Positions 48,861-56,308 of a DNA stretch of 56,308 nt are shown in pieces; positions within the stretch are counted from its first letter, which is position 1; each line of letters begins with the position of its first letter. The position numbers and the translations under genes were made by a program. The notes under the pieces are model-generated. The model had not been told where the DNA came from, made no database searches, and saw only the letters and a program-made list of their open reading frames with translations. Origin of the DNA: Octopus bimaculoides (Eukaryota); assembly GCF_001194135.2 (NCBI RefSeq), contig NC_068981.1, positions 21,984,084-22,040,391 on the forward strand, in the 5' to 3' direction.

Positions 48861-49413
48861 GAAATATAGTCATTCCGTTGCTCGATGCGTTTCTAAGGCT
48901 AACTTAACTTCAACTCCCTGAACTCATCTTCATGCATTTGGCTCAAGTGACACAAAAATTATTCCAGCATACGCGCTAATGAGCCATATTTGTAATAAGA
49001 CATGTAAGTAACGTGCTGGTCTAAAAATCAGACAAGACGTACAACACTGTGCCACTCGAGGCGAGACATATTTGCACTGTTCGTAATGCAAATTTCAAAC
49101 AGATTTCGGGACCCAGAAGCCAAATACTTGCTCATGTACAGAAGAAGCACAGCTAACAGGAAGTGGTTAAGCTTTGAACAAGAGTACTCTACCTCTATGT
49201 ATGTATGTATGTATGCATGTATGTGTGCATATGTATGCATGTATGTATGTATATATATATATGCATGTAAGCATGTATATATGTATGCATGTATGTATAT
49301 ATGCATTCGGGCGTGCATGCGCGGATGCATGTATGTAAGCGTGCATGTATGTATATATATATATGCATGTAAGCATGTATATATGTATGCATGTATGTAT
49401 GTATATATATATA

Positions 49414-49595
49414 NNNNNNNNNNNNNNNNNNNNNNNNNNNNNNNNNNNNNNNNNNNNNNNNNNNNNNNNNNNNNNNNNNNNNNNNNNNNNNNNNNNNNNN
49501 NNNNNNNNNNNNNNNNNNNNNNNNNNNNNNNNNNNNNNNNNNNNNNNNNNNNNNNNNNNNNNNNNNNNNNNNNNNNNNNNNNNNNNNNNNNNNNN
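49414..49595. other. Assembly gap (N run); other gaps at 1115-1177, 2302-2311, 3411-3420, 15147-15264, 52070-52169
   Basis: N runs, all adjacent to or inside microsatellites or SINEs. Confidence 0.99.
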
Positions 49596-50269
49596 AAACT
49601 TATTTTATTCCACACGGGTAGAAATTTAGAAAAAATAGAAGTTGAAAGCTTTATATAAATAAAAAAAATATTTTAATTATTCTCAACACATTTTCAAATT
49701 CTATTTTTCGTATATACATATATATATATATATATATATGCACGTATACATACATGCACACTTATATGCACGAATGCATACATATATATACATACATACT
49801 GCTTACATACACGCATACATATATAATTGTATGCATACACATACATACATACATATATACATATATATATATATGTGTACGCATGTATGTATGTATGAAT
49901 GTACGTATGTATGTATGCATGTATGTAAGCACGTATATATGTATGCATGTATGTAAGCACGTATGTATGTATGTATTATGTATGTATGTATGTATGTATG
50001 TATGTATGTATATGCACGTATATGTGTAAGTATGTGTTTTTTTCATATGTGTTGATAGCCATCAACAAACGCTTTTGTTATAGATATAAGCGCGTAAACA
50101 TAAATGATTGTCTTGCTATAATATGCCGTGTAAGTGCCGCAAGTAGATAACCACACCAGGGCACATCTATATTTATATGCATCAAAAGTATACTTATACA
50201 TTAATAAACACTTGTAAACTAAAGTAGATGTTTGTCTGGGTTGATGTTAAAATTAGGCGCGTTTAAGGC

Positions 50270-51560
50270 GAAGAGCTGCCAGAATCGTTAACACGCCGGC
50301 AAAATCCGCAGTGGCTTTTCGTCCGTCTTTACGTTTTGAGTTCAAATTCCGCCGTGGTCGACTTTGCCTTCCATCCTTTCGGGGTCGATAAAATAAGTAC
50401 AAGCTGAGCAATGGGGTCGATGTAATCGTTTTACCTCTGCCCCCGAAATTGCTGGTCTTGTGTCAAAATCTAAAAGCAATATCGTTAGCACGCCGGGCAA
50501 AATGCTTGGCGCTATTTCGTCCGTCTTTACGCTCTGAGTTCAAATTCCGCCCAGGTTGACTTTGCCGTTTATCCTTTCGGGGTCGATGAAATAATACCGG
50601 TTGCGCACTGGGATGGATGTAATCGGCATACCCTTCCCTTTCAAAACTGGTGGATCTGTGCCAAAATTTGAAACCATAGTGAGGCGCACGAGGAAGGTGA
50701 GCTGACAGAATCGTTAGCACAGGGGTTTTCAAACTTTTTGACTTGCGGACCCCTTTATATTTCAGGCTTTACCTTAGGGACCCCCTTATAAACGCTTATG
50801 AAATTTATACATAAATATTTGCTTAAAATAACATACATTTTTACATTTATTTATTTAACAGTATTTAACAAATAGGTTTATTGTCAATTAAAAGATTTCG
50901 ATTAAAAAAACATATATAAAATCAAATTGCCCATAAAAAGTATTTGCTGTCTTGTCCTTGCGGACCCACTGTGGTCCGCGGACCACAGTTTGAAAACCCC
51001 TGCGTTAGCACGCCGGACAGAATGCTTAGCGGCATTTCGCTTTGTGTTCAAATTTAGCCGAGGTCGATTTTGCCTTTCATTCTTTTGGGATCGATGAAGT
51101 AAGTACCACTTGAGCACTGGAGTCGGTATGATCGACAAACCGCTTCACCAAAAAAGAAATTGCGGGCCTTGTACCAAGATTTGAAACCATTATAAGACGA
51201 GTTGATCAAATCGTTAAGTACGTCGGACAAAAGTTTCAACAGCATTTCTTCCAGGTCTTTACGTTCTGAATTCAAATTCCGCTGAAGTCCGCTTTGCTTT
51301 TCATCCTTTCGCAATCGATAAACGTCGATGTAATCGACTTCCCCTTTCTCTTAAAATTGTTAGTTTTGTTCCATAATTAACAAAGAGTTGTTAGACACAC
51401 GAAGCGGGGTGAGCTGGCTGAATCATTAACAAAAATATCTTACATTTATCCCAGCTCCTTACGTTGTGAGTTCAATATTTGCTGAGGTCAACTTTGCCTT
51501 TCATCCATTAAACAGAATACCAAACAATATAGGGATCTATATGGCATCGACTTAAACCCA
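50270..51560 (+). mobile_element. Head-to-tail array of about 5 family B SINE copies
   Basis: repeated gagctggcagaatcgttagcacgccggg...gttcaaattccgccgaggtcgactttgcctttcatcctttcggggtcgat units. Confidence 0.85.
50720..51002. mobile_element. hAT-type MITE, 283 bp, TIR CAGGGGTTTTCAAACT, perfect 8-bp TSD CGTTAGCA
   Basis: TSD at 50712-50719 and 51003-51010; perfect 16-bp TIRs; inserted in a SINE head. Confidence 0.95.
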
Positions 51561-52035
51561 TTCCATCAAAATCGTTTCTGTGTGAATCAGAAATAGTTAT
51601 GGCCGATGGATTGTGATTTGTAATCAAACAAAAACCGATACGAACTTATTTTTTTATAACTATTCACCGACTATTAATTCTTTCATATTGTAACCAAATT
51701 TAAAAGTAGTGGCCTGGACAGATTTTCTTTTTAATATATCATTTTAGCAAGTATTGCTTCAACAATACATACACCGAAAGAGAGAGAGAGAGATTAGCAA
51801 TTTTTTATGAGGTCCATTATAAGAGGTATAAAATTTATTTTTCCGTGTTGAGAACACACACTGTTCAACTGTGCTTGGTTTTCAAAAACTCCTCCATAGA
51901 TCTTTGTTATATTTTCAGATAACTTTGACCTTTGTATCCACTTTTCAAAAATAACCCCATTCAATAAACAGGTAGACAGACAAACCGATAGATAAGCAGA
52001 CAGACAGACAAGCAGCCAGGCAAATAGATAGATAA

Positions 52036-52069
<34 letters not shown>

Positions 52070-52169
52070 NNNNNNNNNNNNNNNNNNNNNNNNNNNNNNN
52101 NNNNNNNNNNNNNNNNNNNNNNNNNNNNNNNNNNNNNNNNNNNNNNNNNNNNNNNNNNNNNNNNNNNNN

Positions 52170-52200
<31 letters not shown>

Positions 52201-52646
52201 CTCATATAAACTCAGTGTACATTTCTATACAGAAAAGAAATGTAGACTAATTTTATATGAAAAATATGTTGTCTATTGACTCTATTATGCATACAGGCCA
52301 CTGGTAGAAAATTTTTCTAAATTTTCTACCCAATATATTTTCATATATACATATATATACATATATGTATACTTATATATACATATGGATACCCTCATGC
52401 ACTTCTCACGAGGAATTCCAGAAGGAGTTTCGCGAAACCACTGCTGAAATGCTCCTGGAAAGAAAAATTTCAGTAACCGTTGGAAAACAGATTATAGCAG
52501 TGACTCAATTGATTCCTATCTGAAGATATCTTAAGAAATTTTTGCATTCCCAAATATTATTATATCAGACAATAGATAATTAAATTATAACAGTTATTAT
52601 AGTCCACTCTGCATTCTTGTACCATTCATGACGTGTTATATTTCAC

Positions 52647-52679
<33 letters not shown>

Positions 52680-53105
52680 CAAACATACATATATATGCAT
52701 ACACACACACATACATATGCACACATGTAAAAACTGACATACAACCAGTGCTATTCAAGGGGCTGAAAACGGTGATAAAAATATGGTAATTGATGATATA
52801 TAAATAATATATTTGTAAAACAAATAACTACAAAAAAGAAAACATCCAACAGATACCCGAACAATAGTTTACAACAGAAACAACTATCAACATTAAACTG
52901 CTCCATATTTGCCCCCTAATGCCCTCTGGTACAAAAACAACAACAGCGTGATTGATTGTGTATAGGCGTGTTTTCAAATTAATTTTAGCAGAATCCTGGG
53001 GATTATCTCCACAACCAAAACACACAACACTTACTCTTTTAAGCATGATCATCATCATCATCCAGTGTTTTAAATTGGGTTTTTTTTCCCTCCTTAACAG
53101 TGGTG

Positions 53106-53390
53106 GTCGGATCTACCTCAATGCCATAGCAATCAAGGTAGGCAGGTGCAGCCCACCCCAACCTTTGGGCTGGCCGGTGCTCATTCTCCTTTGCTATCAT
53201 GAGGCTTTTTTGGAGCTGGATTTTCTATAGGGAGCATGTCCTTGCTTACCCCAGCCTTAGTTTCTAGACACGAGTGATCCCAAGACCAAGGCCTTTACCA
53301 TGATATTTAAGAAATGTTGTGCAAAACTATTTCAGGAAGGCAGGGATGCTACTCCCTAAGACCCCCCACCTTCAGAGCCCCCCTACCTAA
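53106..53390 (-). repeat. Second copy of the structured 290-nt repeat
   Basis: reverse complement of 17001-17290. Confidence 0.7.
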
Positions 53391-53945
53391 AAGCTGTAAT
53401 TTACATATGGTCCCATGAAGTTTCTACAGACTACATGATTATCCTGGTCATTTACCCAATACTAGTGAGGGCATGTAGCCAAGTGGTTAGAGCATTTGGC
53501 TCATGATTGTGAGGTTGTGAGTTCAGTTCCTGGAAGTGCACTCTGTCCTTGAGCAAGACATTTTATTTCATGCTACTCCAGTCCACTCAGCTGGCAAAAA
53601 CAAGTTGTACCTGTATTTCAAAAGGGCCAGGCTTAAGGGTACATGTATTTCAAAAGGGCCAGGCTTAAGGGTACATGTATTTCTGGAGTGCTCAGTCACT
53701 TTCACATTAAACAGGCTCAGTCCTTAATTAGATCAACTGGAACCCCCATTGTTGTAACTGGTAGAGTGCCAGAATACCCACCGTCATTATAATCATCATG
53801 ATTTAATGTCTGCTTCCCATGCTGGCATGGGTTGGACGGTTTGACTGAGGACTGGCAAACCAGATGTCTACGTATCAATCTTTTGAGCACTATTAAGTGT
53901 TTTCTATAGTGAAAATCTCTGGATCTCATCTCTGGACTATATATG

Positions 53946-53984
<39 letters not shown>

Positions 53985-54141
53985 TGTTTTACATATATAT
54001 ATTATGTATCAAAACATATTTAGAAAAATACTAAAATTTCATCTATGAATTCAAACTTTTCACCAGGTTTGTGTGTATATATGTGTGTGTGTGTGTATAA
54101 ATGTGTATATATATGTGTGACTGTGTGTATATATACACATA

Positions 54142-54180
<39 letters not shown>

Positions 54181-54871
54181 GCATATATATGCATGTATGT
54201 GTATGCATATACACAATGTAATACTAAGCTGCTAATAAACCATACAAACACATACACATGTGTAACAACAACACCAGCTACAGCATATAACTGCAACTGC
54301 TAGCTGTGTAACACCCAGACACATCCATGATTGTTTACCTTTTATTAGAGACATCCACCCAAAAACTAGATGTGCCTCTATACATACCCACAACTGCTCA
54401 AGGGACATTCTTAATTATGAGATTTAACTGTACCCTTCACATATATAAGCACAACTGCTGGCTTATTTACCCCTTGGTGTGCACCTTATTTCATATACAC
54501 AAAAAAAAAAAAAAATGTAGCCTTTATCTTAGCCACAATTGCTGTACAGCAGTGCTCTGCAACCGGCGTGCCATGACACGATGCTAGGTGTGCCACTGTG
54601 TCACCTGGATATAATTTTTTTCCTATACATTTAGTTACATTTTTGTTCAGGTGAGCATTGTTCTTCTTTTCTTTTATTCGCTTCAGTCATTTGACTGCGG
54701 CCATGCTGGAGCACTGCCTTTAGTCGAAGAAATCAACTCCAGGACTTACTCTTTGAAAGCCTAGTACTTATTCTATTGATCTCTTTTGCCGAACCACTAA
54801 GTTACGGAGACGTAAACACACCAACATCAGTTGTCAAGCGATAGTGAGGGGACAAACACAGACACACAAAC

Positions 54872-54909
<38 letters not shown>

Positions 54910-55505
54910 GACGAGAGTCTTTCAGTTTCCATCTACCAAATCCACTTTTGGTCAGTTTTGGTCGGCTTGAGGTTATAGTAGATGACACTGGCCCAAGATG
55001 TGGTTAGGAAGCAAGCTTCTTACCACACAGCCGTGCCTGCAGCCATACTGCTGAATTTTTAAACAAATATAAGTGTACAACAAGCAATAAAAGGTTGCGG
55101 AGCATTGCTGTAGTGCAATAGGCAGCAGCAGAACATGTGTAACCCACCTCTCTCTCTCTCACAAAGAGGAGGGCTATAAATTCCATCACTGAAGTTGCAG
55201 AGAAGGCCACTGTGTGACTTTGGAAAAAGTATGTGGGGTGTGCAAGACCAACAGCTGGCTGTTATCGGGATGCAAGGGGGTCTGATGTTGAAAGACCTGA
55301 AACTACTGTGAGACACCAGAAATGTAACTGACGATGCATCCCAGAGCATCGGCAAGAAGTGTCTTAAAACTAAAATATGTGTGGGAGGGGGTGAACATGT
55401 GTGTGTGTTTGTGTATGTGTATGTGCATGTGTATATTTATATATGTACATATATACAAAGGTGTGTATCTATCTATCTATCTATCTATATATATATATAC
55501 ATATA

Positions 55506-55805
55506 TTTTTTTTTTTTTTGAAGCCTAGCCAGGCTCATGGGCCCGGTTTCCCAGTTTCTATGGTGTATGTGCTCCCCATTAGCTGGATGGGACGCCAGTC
55601 CATCGCAGCATTACTCAAGAAACAGGAAGAAAGAGTGAGAGAAAGTTGGGGCGATAGAGTACAACAGGGGTCGCCACCACCCCCTGCTGGAGCCTCGTGG
55701 AGCTTAGGTGTTTCACTCAATAAACACACATAACGCTTGGTCTGGGAATCGAAACCGCGACCCTCCGACTGCGAGTCCACTGCCCTAACCACTGGGCCAT
55801 TGCGC
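55506..55805 (-). mobile_element. Family D tRNA-SINE with poly(A) tail
   Basis: poly-T at about 55506-55519; minus-strand head gcgcaatggcccagtggttagggcagtggactcgcagtcggagggtcgcggtttcgattccc (A and B boxes). Confidence 0.85.
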
Positions 55806-56238
55806 TTCCACTATATATATATATTTATAAATAGACAGGTAGATAGATAGATAGATAGATAGATTCATTTAGGTATAGCAATACTAATAAAAAGTTGTTA
55901 GAACCCAATATACATATGCTTTGGAGTAAAGCATTCAGCAGGTACAGAGAAGGTACAGGGCAGGTACAGAGAGCAGTAATAATTTATGAAGGACAAGAGA
56001 ACATAGTCATGTGATGCTTTCCAAAATAAAAATATACTTTCTTTGTGATGCCACCAAAAAAGCTATAAGATGTTGGTTAAACACTCAACTGAGAGTGCAC
56101 TTTGAAACAGCTGTAACCTAATGAAGTGAATTATGTGACTCCTATCCACTTGTCTTACATTAACTTACATTTATATATCTTTTACTTGTTTCAGTATATA
56201 TATATATATATGTATATATATATACTGAAACATATACA

Positions 56239-56296
<58 letters not shown>

Positions 56297-56308
56297 CATA
56301 TATATATA

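Noticed and set aside
49028-50046. Many overlapping ORFs rich in Y/I/H/M/C/V
   Set aside because: Translations of (TA)n/(ATGT)n/(CATA)n microsatellites and N gaps.
52400-52540. Further hammerhead-like strings (ctcacgaggaattccagaa; ctgaagatatcttaagaaa)
   Set aside because: Multiple core mismatches or no helix I; not supportable.
55735-55805. tRNA gene (also SINE heads at about 30360-30434 and 42215-42290)
   Set aside because: A/B boxes are present but there is no complete cloverleaf or acceptor stem; each continues into a multi-copy SINE body.

Overview
AT-rich, microsatellite- and retroposon-dense animal genomic DNA with sized N gaps. The SINE/RTE repertoire and (TA)n/(CA)n/(GAT)n load point to a coleoid cephalopod, probably Octopus (inference from repeat style, not a database match). 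One complete protein-coding gene is supported: aminoacylase-1 (ACY1, M20A metallopeptidase family), + strand, 16 coding exons from 4728 to 40199. All introns are GT-AG, the CDS is 1221 nt (406 aa), and the Zn ligands and catalytic residues are intact. The rest is introns and intergenic DNA filled with tRNA-derived SINEs, RTE-tailed repeats, LINE relics (RTE, CR1/L2-like, L1/Tx1-like, R4/Dong-like), two mariner relics and several MITEs. Best leads: (i) several minimal hammerhead-ribozyme-like motifs with palindromic helices, two on the sense strand of ACY1 introns plus a broken duplicate; (ii) an indel-free 39-nt tandem array in intron 12 forming a stop-free ORF that sits behind an in-frame cryptic 3' splice site; (iii) two long intronic hairpins just upstream of exon 12 that are candidate ADAR substrates; (iv) a mariner derivative whose 3' half is replaced by an inverted copy of its 5' end. 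No computation or database search was run; TE boundaries are approximate unless a TSD is quoted.
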